Made by a program: the position numbers and the translations under genes. The notes beneath the pieces are model-generated. The model made no database searches, was not told where the DNA came from, and worked only from the letters and a program-made list of their open reading frames with translations. This document shows, one piece after another, positions 40,232-49,520 of a stretch of DNA of 64,000 nt. Position 1 is the stretch's first letter, and every line of letters begins with the position of its first letter. The DNA is taken from positions 129,123 through 193,122 of the forward strand of contig JAOZFN010000011.1 of the NCBI GenBank assembly GCA_027492205.1, written 5' to 3'. This DNA is from Thermoproteota archaeon (GTDB lineage Archaea; Korarchaeota; Korarchaeia; Korarchaeales; Korarchaeaceae).

Positions 40232-41205
40232 CGCTCCTCGAGATACGAGACCTGAAGGTGTACTACTACGCCTTCGACGGCGTGGTCAAGGCCGTCGACG
40301 GCGTGTCACTAGAGCTCGAGAGCGGGGAGTTCTTCGGCCTCATCGGGGAGTCGGGGTGCGGGAAGTCCACCCTAGGCAACGCGATCCTCAGGCTCGTGCC
40401 CCCGCCCGGGAGGGTGGTGGGTGGGAGCATCTACTTCCAGGGAGAGGACATCCTTCGGCTCCCCGAAGACAGGATGAGGGAGATCAGGGGAGACCGAATC
40501 TCGATGATATTCCAGGACCCCACGGCCGCCCTCGACCCCGTCTACACGATAGGGGACCAGATAGTCGAGACCATACTCGCCCACAACCCGGAGGTGAGTA
40601 AGAAGGACGCCGAGGCCCGGGCGATAGAGCTGCTTAAGCTCGTGGGCATCCCCGGGGCGGAGGCCAGGGTCCACGAGTACCCCCATCAGTTCAGCGGCGG
40701 CATGCGGCAGAGGGCGGTCATCGCAATAGCCCTCGCCAACAACCCAGAGCTGCTGATAGCCGACGAGCCCACGACGAACCTGGACGTCACTATAGAGGCC
40801 CAGATCCTCACGCTGCTCGACGAGCTGAGGAGGAAGCTCAACATGTCCATCCTGCTGATCACCCACAACATTGGCATTGTGGCCGAGTACACGGATCGAG
40901 TGGGCGTTATGTACGCCGGGAAGCTCGTCGAGGTGGGCAGGACCGTCGACGTGCTCACTGACCCGAAACACCCTTATACCCAGGGACTGCTGGGCGCGAT
41001 ACCGGGCAGGGGTGGTAGGAAGGGGCGGGTTACCGAGATCCCCGGGACGGTCCCGAACCTGGCGAACCCCCCTCCCGGGTGCAGGTTCCACCCCAGGTGC
41101 CCCAGGAGGTTTGACCCCTGCGACCAGGAGGAGCCGGCCCTCGTGCCGCTCCCCGGCGAGGGGAGGATGGTGGCATGTCACCTGTACAGGAGGCCCGAAA
41201 GCTGA
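40228..41205 (+). CDS. Peptide ABC ATPase (DppD-like)
   Basis: GESGCGKST, MIFQDP, FSGGMRQR, GCRFHPRC. Confidence 0.95.
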   Translation: MTLLEIRDLKVYYYAFDGVVKAVDGVSLELESGEFFGLIGESGCGKSTLGNAILRLVPPPGRVVGGSIYFQGEDILRLPEDRMREIRGDRISMIFQDPTAALDPVYTIGDQIVETILAHNPEVSKKDAEARAIELLKLVGIPGAEARVHEYPHQFSGGMRQRAVIAIALANNPELLIADEPTTNLDVTIEAQILTLLDELRRKLNMSILLITHNIGIVAEYTDRVGVMYAGKLVEVGRTVDVLTDPKHPYTQGLLGAIPGRGGRKGRVTEIPGTVPNLANPPPGCRFHPRCPRRFDPCDQEEPALVPLPGEGRMVACHLYRRPES

Positions 41206-41213
41206 ATGAGAAC

Positions 41214-42158
41214 ATGCTCGAGATCCTGGCCATCCTCGACGGGATCGAGGGGCCGGCCACGTCGGGCGAGATTCAGCGGGAACTCAACAGGAGGGGCATC
41301 TACCTCAGCCAGAGGACGATCCGTTACTACCTGAAGCTCATGGACGAGCTTGGGCTCACAAGGAAGGTCAGGAAGGCCAGACAGATAACCAGCGAGGGCC
41401 GCAGGAGGATGCGGGCCCTCACCGTCTCCACCAGGATGGAGTGGATGCTGGACAGGATGTACCAGAGGATCGCCGAGATGGACTTCGACCTCGCGACCGG
41501 CAGCGGGTCGGTGATAGCCAACAAGCTGTTCATCAGGAGGGAGGACTTCACCTGGGTTATGCAGCACGTGATCAGCCTCGGGAAGGAGGTCCCGAGGCTC
41601 CTCTTCTACCCGAGGTATAAGGTCAGGGAGACCGGCCTGAGGAAGGGAGACCTGCTCGAGATCAAGTACGTCTCCTCAAACACCCTGTACGGCATCCTCC
41701 TCCGCAACGGAGTTCCGGTTAGCGTGAAGGGCGTCGGACTACTGGAGCTGAAGGACTACAGGCCCACGACGTTCGCGGAGGTCATGCACTACTCCGGGAC
41801 CACCATAAGCCCCTCTCAGCTCCTCATATTCGCCGGCATGACGAGGGTCGCCGAGGCGGCCAAGAGGGGGACGGGCACGGTCCTGGCCACCTTCGGTGAG
41901 ATCCCCTACAACAGCATACCCAAGGCGCAGAAGATCCTGAACAAGATGAAGGAGCTGGGCTTCGAGGGGATAATGGAGATCAGGGAGCCCGGCTTCGCCT
42001 ACGGTCTCCGAACCGGAAAGCTCAGGGGAGTGGTGATCAGCGTCACAGGGGCCAACTTTGCGGCCATGATCAAGGAGGGCGGATTCGACCTAAGGATGGC
42101 CTTTGACACCGCCATGGACGACCTCGGCGCCTTCGACAGGAACGTCATCCCCGTCTGA
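41214..42158 (+). CDS. NrpR-like regulator (wHTH plus single NRD/DUF128 domain)
   Basis: EILAIL...SQRTIRYYLKLMDELGLT HTH, FDLATGSGSVIAN, SSNTLYGILLRNGVP, YSGTTISP. Confidence 0.82.
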   Translation: MLEILAILDGIEGPATSGEIQRELNRRGIYLSQRTIRYYLKLMDELGLTRKVRKARQITSEGRRRMRALTVSTRMEWMLDRMYQRIAEMDFDLATGSGSVIANKLFIRREDFTWVMQHVISLGKEVPRLLFYPRYKVRETGLRKGDLLEIKYVSSNTLYGILLRNGVPVSVKGVGLLELKDYRPTTFAEVMHYSGTTISPSQLLIFAGMTRVAEAAKRGTGTVLATFGEIPYNSIPKAQKILNKMKELGFEGIMEIREPGFAYGLRTGKLRGVVISVTGANFAAMIKEGGFDLRMAFDTAMDDLGAFDRNVIPV

Positions 42159-43554
42159 CCTGGGACACCGAGTCCAGCAGGATCTTGAGCGCCTTGTCTG
42201 GCTCCTCGCCCGAGAGGAGGCCCATAGCCCAGAAAACGTAGTCCCTGTCCACGTACAGCTCCGGGTTCTTCGGCTTCAGAACGAAGGGGCGGGACTCGTC
42301 GTAGATAGCCTCGCCGAGGACCTTCCACGGCCTCCTGCTGTTGACGATCGGGCCTCCGGTCCCGACCACGGTCTCAACCTCGGTGAGATCCTTACCCGTC
42401 AGGACGTAGAACCTGCCCATCGGCGTCGGTATCTCCTCGAGCCTCCCAACGTGTCTCTCCACGGCCAGCTCCACCGCCGACCTTGCCAGCGCCTCGTCCA
42501 CCAGCCAGTCGAAGTAGGTCCTGGGCAGGTAGCTGGTCTGCCGGCGCAGCATGCGGATGTGCTCCTCAACGGCCTCCGGCCTTATGTCCGTCACGTACTC
42601 CCTCATCTTGGACAAGATCCTCTCCAAGCCCGCGGCCTCCATCAGCGACTCCGCGCTCACCCTGACGCCCAGGTCTCCCTCCACGGTCCTCTTCACGTAG
42701 GGCTCCTCAAGGCCCTTCTCAACGACCCCCGGGAGCTTCGACCTGCCCTCGGCCACGCTGTACACGTTTGTCGTGGCCCCGCCGATCTCCACCGCGAGGA
42801 GCTCGCCCATCCCGCTAAGCGACTTGGTCCCCTTCGCCAGCAGCTCCGCCGCCTCCAAGGAGGCGGAGGGGGTCGGCATGAGGATGTGGAGCAGCTTCGT
42901 CACCTTATCGAGCCCCTTGGCCTGAATGATCCTCTTCAGGAAGATCTCCCTGATCTTCTCGTTTGCGGGCCTAACGTTGAGCTTTCCCAGCTCCGGCATG
43001 ATGTTCTCGGTCCAGTAGACCTCCTTACCCGCCGATGAGAGTATCTCCACCACGTCGTCCCTGGCCTCCTTGTTCCCAGCCACCAAGATGGGACATTTCA
43101 GCCCGGAGGCGGCAAGCATCCTGGCGTTGTGGGTTATTGTCTTCTTGTCTCCCCCGTCCGTCCCGCCCGTTAGGAGGACGATGTCAGGTCCCTGGGCCTC
43201 TATCGACGCCACCTCGCTCTTGGTGAGTTCGAAGGAGTACACCCCAATGACCTTCGCTCCGGCCGTCAGCGCCGCCCGCCTGCCAGCCTCGGCGCTGTAC
43301 TTCGGCACGAGCCCGACCACGACCATCTTCAAGCCGCCGGCCGCGCTGCTGCAGGCCAGCTTGTACTCGAACGGGCCATCGGACAGGTCGCTCAGCGAGA
43401 GCCCCAGCTTCTCCAGGGCGCTGGCCAGGCCGCGCCTGATGTCCGTGTCAACGGTGCTGGGGGCCTTGGCGGAGGAGACCACCCGCTCCTCCGCCAGGTC
43501 CACCACCACGGCCTTGGTGAAGGTGCTGCCGAAGTCTATGAGGAGGGCCCTCAA
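42145..43554 (-). CDS. glmL: GlmL/MutL-type (ASKHA) accessory ATPase for B12 mutases
   Basis: IDFGSTFTK, ACSSAAGGL, GGTDGG, IGGATT, KRTVEGDLG. Confidence 0.9.
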   Translation of the reverse strand: MRALLIDFGSTFTKAVVVDLAEERVVSSAKAPSTVDTDIRRGLASALEKLGLSLSDLSDGPFEYKLACSSAAGGLKMVVVGLVPKYSAEAGRRAALTAGAKVIGVYSFELTKSEVASIEAQGPDIVLLTGGTDGGDKKTITHNARMLAASGLKCPILVAGNKEARDDVVEILSSAGKEVYWTENIMPELGKLNVRPANEKIREIFLKRIIQAKGLDKVTKLLHILMPTPSASLEAAELLAKGTKSLSGMGELLAVEIGGATTNVYSVAEGRSKLPGVVEKGLEEPYVKRTVEGDLGVRVSAESLMEAAGLERILSKMREYVTDIRPEAVEEHIRMLRRQTSYLPRTYFDWLVDEALARSAVELAVERHVGRLEEIPTPMGRFYVLTGKDLTEVETVVGTGGPIVNSRRPWKVLGEAIYDESRPFVLKPKNPELYVDRDYVFWAMGLLSGEEPDKALKILLDSVSQVRRG

Positions 43555-43557
43555 GGG

Positions 43558-44643
43558 CTATTCGCCCCTCACGAATGCCACTATCTCCTCCGCAGACATA
43601 CCCTCCAGCCCGAGGTTCTTCGCGCTCCGCCCCTCGGCGTAGAAGTCCCTGTCGAAGACCGCCGACGCTATGGATATGAGGGACTTGGACACGGGAGTGC
43701 TCACGCCGACCTGCTCCCCAACGTCCGCGTATGGGACCAGGCCGGTGGGGACGTCTTCAAGCAGGTACCTGACGGCGAGCGTGGAGGGCGCCTTGATACC
43801 CCTATAGGCCTCGTTGTTCTGCAGGGCCTCGTAGACATCCCTCCCCCTAGCTCCGTACTTCTCCTCGAGCCACTCCAGCAGGTTCAAGACGTGAGTGTCG
43901 AGCGCCCTCGCCAGGGCCACCCTCTCGGCGTCGACCCTCTCTAGCACCTTTGAGACGGAGGGGCTGGCGCCCTCGACGTAGAACTCGAAGTCTCCACCGC
44001 GCTCGATCCAGCCGGCGTTCATGAGCGTTATGGTAGGGTGGAAGACCGCCCCGATATTGGTCAGGCTGGTCTCGAGGACATCCCTGGCCCCGTCGAACTG
44101 CGGGTACAGCTGGCGGATCGTGTCCAGCAGCTCTCCGGTGTCGGGAGCTGGGAGGGCGGCCAGCTTGACCTCCTTCTTGACTCCCAGCACCTTCACCCTG
44201 GTGGGCGACAGCCCCCTGGCCGCGTAGACCAGGGTCTCGGCCTCCCCGACTATCACGCCCTCGGCCCTCTCACCCAGTATCCTCTTGAACTCGATCGCTC
44301 CGAAGGTCCTGCCGGGGTTCAACAGGATCTCCTGACCCGGCTGAAGGTGGGGAGCAACCGACCGGGCGATGTACTTGTGGGCGTGAGCGGGGACGACCAC
44401 CATGATCAGGTCGGCGCCCCTCACGGCCTCCCCGGCGTCGGTGGTGGCGAGGGCGATGGGGCCGAAGCCCTCCACCGCCCCCTCCAGCTCTATCCCCCCC
44501 TTCCTCCTGACCTCCTCGAGGTCCACCTTGAACTCCGGCTCCTTTTCCTTGTAGTTGTAGAGCCTGACCTCGTGCCCCATCAGTCCCAGGTGGGCGGCCA
44601 TGGCCTTTCCGCCGTGGCCCGCTCCCATCACGGCTATCTTCAT
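43558..44643 (-). CDS. NAD(P)-dependent opine (octopine/nopaline) dehydrogenase family protein
   Basis: GAGHGG Rossmann motif, LLNPGRTFGA, NIGAVFHP, RYLLEDVPTGL. Confidence 0.92.
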   Translation of the reverse strand: MKIAVMGAGHGGKAMAAHLGLMGHEVRLYNYKEKEPEFKVDLEEVRRKGGIELEGAVEGFGPIALATTDAGEAVRGADLIMVVVPAHAHKYIARSVAPHLQPGQEILLNPGRTFGAIEFKRILGERAEGVIVGEAETLVYAARGLSPTRVKVLGVKKEVKLAALPAPDTGELLDTIRQLYPQFDGARDVLETSLTNIGAVFHPTITLMNAGWIERGGDFEFYVEGASPSVSKVLERVDAERVALARALDTHVLNLLEWLEEKYGARGRDVYEALQNNEAYRGIKAPSTLAVRYLLEDVPTGLVPYADVGEQVGVSTPVSKSLISIASAVFDRDFYAEGRSAKNLGLEGMSAEEIVAFVRGE

Positions 44644-44673
44644 CCAATCGCCTCCCACAGATTCACGCTAAGC

Positions 44674-46359
44674 TCAGATGAGCCTTCCCTTGAAGTAGTC
44701 GTCCAAGATCCTCTGGATGCGCTCGCTCTCGGGGAGGGGCCTCTTGGTCTCCGGGTCGACCGCGTAGGCGGCCCCGTTGATGATCCTGGTCTCGATCTCT
44801 CCTCTGGCGTAGGGGTTGTTCTTCAGGTGAGGCGCGTCCAATATCCCTATCTTCAGGGCCCTGGCGAGCGTCTCGGGGTCGGTCCACGGGTCCTCGACAT
44901 CGGGGTCAGCGATCTTCCTGATAGCGTCTAGCGTGATATTGGCCTCCCTCACCAGCTCCTCCCTCCTGGCCTGGATCTTCGGGTCCTTGGTCACGTCGGG
45001 CAGGCCGTGCAGCGTGTCGCTGATCACTTGATGCACGATCTTGCCGCTCTCTATGATCTCCTCAGCCGTGGCGGCGTGATCGGGCTCGGTGTACGCCACC
45101 ATGTGAATTATGTGGGGCTTTAGGTGCATCTGCATCGTCACGGAGTAGGCCATGTGGCCCTTGGCCGCGTCGAGGTCCGGCGGGTAGCTGGACAGACCGG
45201 TCCTGGTTTGAATGAAGATCTTGAAGTTCTCGTCTTCTAGGGGCTTGATTATGTCTATCTTGGCCAGCTGCTTGGCCAGGTCCATCTCGGCCGAGATCCC
45301 TGGCGGGAGGTCGAACATCAGCGTGGCGATGTAGTGCTTTACCCCCGCCTTCTTGGCGTTGTAGGCTGACAGAAATGCGTCGGCCACCGCGATTACGTCG
45401 GGCGCATCCCTCAGCTCGAAGTGGTGGGGCTCGTTCAGCTCGACGGGGATGTTCCTCTCGCCGTGCCAGGCCATCAGCCTCTGGTGCTCGTCTATGGCCT
45501 CGACTAGGTCCAAGGGGCCCCTTCCGTCGAGCCTGCTGAACCAGAAGATCGGGATGGCCGCCCAGGCGTTCTTGATGGTCCTCACCAGGAGGTCGGCCAT
45601 CTTGAACAGGTCGCTGGTGCCCTGGTAGCACCTCAGAAGCGGGTAGTTGCCGGTCCTGGTGGCCTCGTAGATCCTGATGAGGTCGTCCTCCGACCTTATG
45701 GGCACGCCTCCAGCCCCGGCCCTCCCGGGATCCCACTTCTCCGGGTGGAAGAAGTTCTCCTGGAACTCCTGGTCTGGGGCTATTGAGATCACGTCGATGA
45801 GCTTGGACTCGGCCACCTTCCTGGCCGCCTCCACGGTCTCCTCGACGGAGCTCAGCCCAAGGTGCTGCCTGATGATGGGGTAGGGGTACTTCCAGGCGAT
45901 CCTCTCGACGGTCGTCTGCGGGTAGTGCTCTTCTCCCCTGCCAGCTTCGCCCCCTCCCTTCAGGTAGGACACGACCTCGTCCATGGTCTCCCTGCCGCTG
46001 AACACCCTGTCGAAGAACCCGAAGCTCTTGGCCACCTCGGCGACGGGCGGAGTGCCCCCGAACACGTACCTCTTGTCCTCCAGGCCAGCCTCCTTCACCG
46101 CGCTGATAAACCGCTCTATCCAGTACCTTCCAGACTCTGGCATCAGCCTGTAGCTTATTCCGACTATGTCGGGGTCTGTCTCCTTTATCGCCGCCACTAT
46201 CTCCTCGGGGGTGTTTGCCGGCCCCAGGAATATCGTCTCATATCCGACCTGCTCTGCCAGCCTCAGAAACTTGATTATTCCAGCAACGTGGACGTCCTCG
46301 CCAAGGGCGGCGGCGAGGATCTTTGGTCGCCTTCCCTCACTCCTCTCGCCGGACGACAT
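44674..46359 (-). CDS. Cobalamin-dependent enzyme: N-terminal B12-binding domain fused to a probable TIM-barrel
   Basis: GEDVHVAG (DxHxxG), VGISYRL and FGG. The roughly 420-aa C-domain has no radical-SAM CxxxCxxC. Confidence 0.88.
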   Translation of the reverse strand: MSSGERSEGRRPKILAAALGEDVHVAGIIKFLRLAEQVGYETIFLGPANTPEEIVAAIKETDPDIVGISYRLMPESGRYWIERFISAVKEAGLEDKRYVFGGTPPVAEVAKSFGFFDRVFSGRETMDEVVSYLKGGGEAGRGEEHYPQTTVERIAWKYPYPIIRQHLGLSSVEETVEAARKVAESKLIDVISIAPDQEFQENFFHPEKWDPGRAGAGGVPIRSEDDLIRIYEATRTGNYPLLRCYQGTSDLFKMADLLVRTIKNAWAAIPIFWFSRLDGRGPLDLVEAIDEHQRLMAWHGERNIPVELNEPHHFELRDAPDVIAVADAFLSAYNAKKAGVKHYIATLMFDLPPGISAEMDLAKQLAKIDIIKPLEDENFKIFIQTRTGLSSYPPDLDAAKGHMAYSVTMQMHLKPHIIHMVAYTEPDHAATAEEIIESGKIVHQVISDTLHGLPDVTKDPKIQARREELVREANITLDAIRKIADPDVEDPWTDPETLARALKIGILDAPHLKNNPYARGEIETRIINGAAYAVDPETKRPLPESERIQRILDDYFKGRLI

Positions 46360-46371
46360 GCGACCACCCAG

Positions 46372-46414
46372 CGGTAAGGTGTTGCCGGGTGGACGGTCTT
46401 AGGTTCCTTAAAAA
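46372..46414 (-). promoter_or_regulatory. TATA-like box plus putative operator CGGCAA-cacc-TTACCG
   Basis: Minus-strand TTTTTAAG at 46414-46407. The palindrome at 46387-46372 lies 12 nt before the ATG. Confidence 0.6.
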
Positions 46415-46730
46415 CACTAGCAAATATACCACATAAATGTTTATCACTTCCCTTCATTTTCTTGTTACCGGAAAAGGGTAACATACATTTGAGGTCCGCG
46501 CGAGAACGCCGGACTTGCCGGCAACAACCGTTGGGTGGTTGTCCGGCGGCGTATGAGCGATTTAAGCGCCTGCAGAGAATGGAGTTCAGATAGTCCCGGC
46601 AACTCTGGAGGGTCGAAAAATGGGCATATGGAGCGGCTATTGAGGCGTTTCCCCGAGTTCGGCAAGGACGCCGGTCAGGGCCGTGGTACGATGACAATGG
46701 TTATGACGAAGGCGCCTGGGAGAGGCTCCC

Positions 46731-47276
46731 GTGGGGGACCAGGAGTTCGAGGCCGTGATCCAGGTTGCTCGACTCATGCTGGTGGCCGCGAGAACCGCCC
46801 CAAAGGCAAAGGGGGTTGACTCGATCGAGGCCACGATCGCCACGGGGGACGACCTGTCGAGGCTGGCGGAGAAGATGCGGGAGCTCTCTCGGGAGAGGGG
46901 CTACTCCTTCTACGAGAGGGATGCCGGGAGCGTTGAGGCCTCCGACTGCGTCGTGGTGATTGGCGCAAGGGCTCAGGAGGCGCTGGGCATGGACTGCGGG
47001 ATGTGCGGATACCCGAGCTGTGCTGAGCGGGTAGAGTAGTGGAGATCCCGAGGTGAGCCAATGAGAGGCCCATTCTGTGAGTTCAAGGTCATGGACTTGG
47101 GCATAGCGGTTGGATCGGCTGTCAAACTCGCTTCCCTCCTCAACGTTGACAACAGAGTCATGTACAGCGTGGGAGACGCCGCCATTTCCCTGGGGCTGCT
47201 CCCCGGATCGACCGTGGCCCTTGGGATACCGCTTGCGGCGAGGGGTAAGAGCCCCTACTTCGACAGGAGGGGGTAA
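46731..47276 (+). pseudogene. DUF2148 ferredoxin-domain protein with one in-frame TAG
   Basis: AARTAPKAKG..., DCGMCGYPSC, TAG at 47037-47039, then in the same frame GPFCEFKVMDLGIAVGSA..VDNRVMYSVG..KSPYFDR. Confidence 0.85.
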
Positions 47277-47348
47277 CGATCGATATTATGTCTTGGTGAA
47301 ATATTAAGTTATCTGTTTACCAACACGAGATCCCGGCGGAGACGTCCG

Positions 47349-47753
47349 ATGGTAAGGCGAGTCGCCGTGGTCGACTCGGACCTGTGCGTCGGATGTGGGA
47401 GCTGCATGCTGGCGTGTAACCGGCGGTTCGCTGAGGTCGGTTACGGTAAGACGGCCATACACATCCGGAGCGCGGGCGGGATCGAGAGGGGTTTCGTCGT
47501 CATCGTGTGCAGGGCCTGCAAGAACCCCCCGTGCGCCAAAGTCTGCCCTGAGGATGCCCTACTTCCCAGAGACGGTGGAGGGGTTCGCCTGCTCCCGAAC
47601 AAGTGCATCGGCTGCGGCTACTGCGTCGAGGCCTGCCCGTTCGGCGCCATCCTCTGGGACGAGGAGGTGGACAAGCCGGTCATCTGCACCTACTGCGGCT
47701 ATTGCGTCGAGTACTGCCCCTACGGTGTGATCGAGATGAGGGAGGTGAGCTGA
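47349..47753 (+). CDS. 4Fe-4S dicluster protein (AOR partner)
   Basis: CVGCGSCMLAC, CRAC...CAKVCP, CIGCGYCVEACP, CTYCGYCVEYCP. Confidence 0.95.
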   Translation: MVRRVAVVDSDLCVGCGSCMLACNRRFAEVGYGKTAIHIRSAGGIERGFVVIVCRACKNPPCAKVCPEDALLPRDGGGVRLLPNKCIGCGYCVEACPFGAILWDEEVDKPVICTYCGYCVEYCPYGVIEMREVS

Positions 47754-49520
47754 GTGGCCGTCAAGCTTCCGGTAAACCTGGCGAGGGTCCTGTACGTGGA
47801 CCTCACCAGGAAGAGGTCCTGGGTGGAGGATCGGAGGGATCTGATCGAGGAGTACCTCGGAGGCGTTGGCCTGGCGGTGGCCCTCGCCAGAGAGGAGGGA
47901 GTGGAGAGGGCCGATCCTCTGGGCCCGGAGAACAGCGTAGTGTTCGCGGTGGGCCCGTTCAATGGGGCCTACCCGATGGGGTCCAAGACCGTCGCGGTGT
48001 TCAGGAGCCCCCTCACCGGCAACCTCGGCGAGAGCTACGCCGGGGGGAGGAGCAGCCTCGCCATCAAGTTCGCCGGCTACCAGGCGATAGTGATCAGGGG
48101 GGCCAGCGAGTCCCCGGTGTACGTCGCAGTTCACGAGGATGAGGTGAAGTTCAGGGACGCAAGCGCCCTGTGGGGCATGTCCAGCAGCGAGACCGTGGGC
48201 AGGGTGATAAGGGAGAGGGAGCCGAACCCCGGGTTCAGGACCATAATGAGGATTGGGCTGGCCGGGGAGAGGCTAGTGAGGTTCGCCTGCGTGGTCACGG
48301 AGACCTACCGACACTTTGGGAGGCTCGGGCTCGGAGCCATCTTCGGGGCCAAGAGGCTCAAGGCCCTGGTGGTCTCCGGAAGGCGATCCCTGGAGGTCCC
48401 CGACAGGCGGGGATACAGGGAGGTGTACGACGAGCTCTACGAGCTCTCCACCAAGTCCAACCTGATGAGGAAGTATCACGACCTGGGCACGCCGATGAAC
48501 GTCCTCCCCCTGAACGAGATCGGGGCCCTACCGACGAAGAACCTCAAGTCGGGCAGGTTTGAGCGCGCCGATGGCATCTCAGGCGAGCACATGGCCGAGA
48601 ACTACCTGATACGAAGGGCCGCCTGCTCCGGCTGCCCGGTCGCCTGCATACACCTGGCGGGGATCAGGGAGCCCTACCCCCACGAGAAGTACTTCTACAA
48701 GACCACGGTCGTTTCCTACGACTACGAGCCCACCTACTCGCTCGGGAGCATGCTGGGGGTTGGAGACGCCAAGTGGCTCCTCAGGCTCATCCACGAGGTG
48801 GAGAGGGTTGGGCTGGACGCAATGAGCACCGGCGTCGCCCTGGCGTGGGCCACGGAGGCGCTGGAGCGCGGGCTGGTCAGGGAGGAGGACACGATCGTGA
48901 AGCTGAGGTGGGGCGACGCCGAGGCCTATAGGAGGGCAATCTCCCTGCTGGTCGAGCAGCCGAACGATTTCTACTCTGCGCTGGCACAGGGTGTGGAGAG
49001 GGCGTCTCAGATCTACGGAGGATCTGAGTTCGCCATGGCGTTCGGCGGGAATGAGATGCCCGGGTATCACACCGGCCCGGCCGCCCACATCGGCTTCCTG
49101 ATAGGCGGGAGGCACAGCCACCTCGACAACGCCGGCTACTCTTACGATCAAAAGAGGGCCGAGCTCCCAGATCCTGAGCAGGTTGTGGACGACCTCATGG
49201 CCGAGGAGGCCTGGAGAATGGTCCTCAACAGCCTAGTCGTGTGCCTCTTTGCGAGGGGGATCTACAGGCCAGAGGTGGTCTCCAAGGCCCTGGCCCCGCT
49301 CGGCATAAGGCGCTCCGTAGAGGACCTCCGGGAACTCAGCTGGAGGATCTACCGCGAGAGGATGAGGCTCAAGGTGGACGCGGGCTTTGACCCGTCTAGG
49401 CTCAGGGTCCCGGACAGGATCTTCGAGACGCCGAGTCCCCACGGCCTGATATCCCCCGACTACGTTCAGAGGGCGCTGGAGCACTACCGCCAGAGGCTAA
49501 AGGATATCTGCTCTCCGTAG
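47754..49520 (+). CDS. Tungsten aldehyde ferredoxin oxidoreductase family protein
   Basis: YLGGVG, SPLTG..GESYAGG, GRLGLGAIFGAKRLKA, CSGCPVAC, GLDAMSTG. Confidence 0.95.
   Translation: MAVKLPVNLARVLYVDLTRKRSWVEDRRDLIEEYLGGVGLAVALAREEGVERADPLGPENSVVFAVGPFNGAYPMGSKTVAVFRSPLTGNLGESYAGGRSSLAIKFAGYQAIVIRGASESPVYVAVHEDEVKFRDASALWGMSSSETVGRVIREREPNPGFRTIMRIGLAGERLVRFACVVTETYRHFGRLGLGAIFGAKRLKALVVSGRRSLEVPDRRGYREVYDELYELSTKSNLMRKYHDLGTPMNVLPLNEIGALPTKNLKSGRFERADGISGEHMAENYLIRRAACSGCPVACIHLAGIREPYPHEKYFYKTTVVSYDYEPTYSLGSMLGVGDAKWLLRLIHEVERVGLDAMSTGVALAWATEALERGLVREEDTIVKLRWGDAEAYRRAISLLVEQPNDFYSALAQGVERASQIYGGSEFAMAFGGNEMPGYHTGPAAHIGFLIGGRHSHLDNAGYSYDQKRAELPDPEQVVDDLMAEEAWRMVLNSLVVCLFARGIYRPEVVSKALAPLGIRRSVEDLRELSWRIYRERMRLKVDAGFDPSRLRVPDRIFETPSPHGLISPDYVQRALEHYRQRLKDICSP

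Noticed and set aside
35011-43038. Long antisense or alternate-frame ORFs (35011-35970, 36836-37864, 39142-40158, 42103-43038)
   Set aside because: These are shadows of well-supported genes in high-GC DNA, with no motifs.
42145-43554. DNA mismatch-repair MutL
   Set aside because: The motifs are ASKHA-type GlmL/MutL (mutase accessory), not GHKL.
517-47039. Genome-wide TAG reassignment, suggested by three in-frame TAGs
   Set aside because: Two of them lie in genes that also have frameshifts, and TAG terminates many complete genes at their expected ends.
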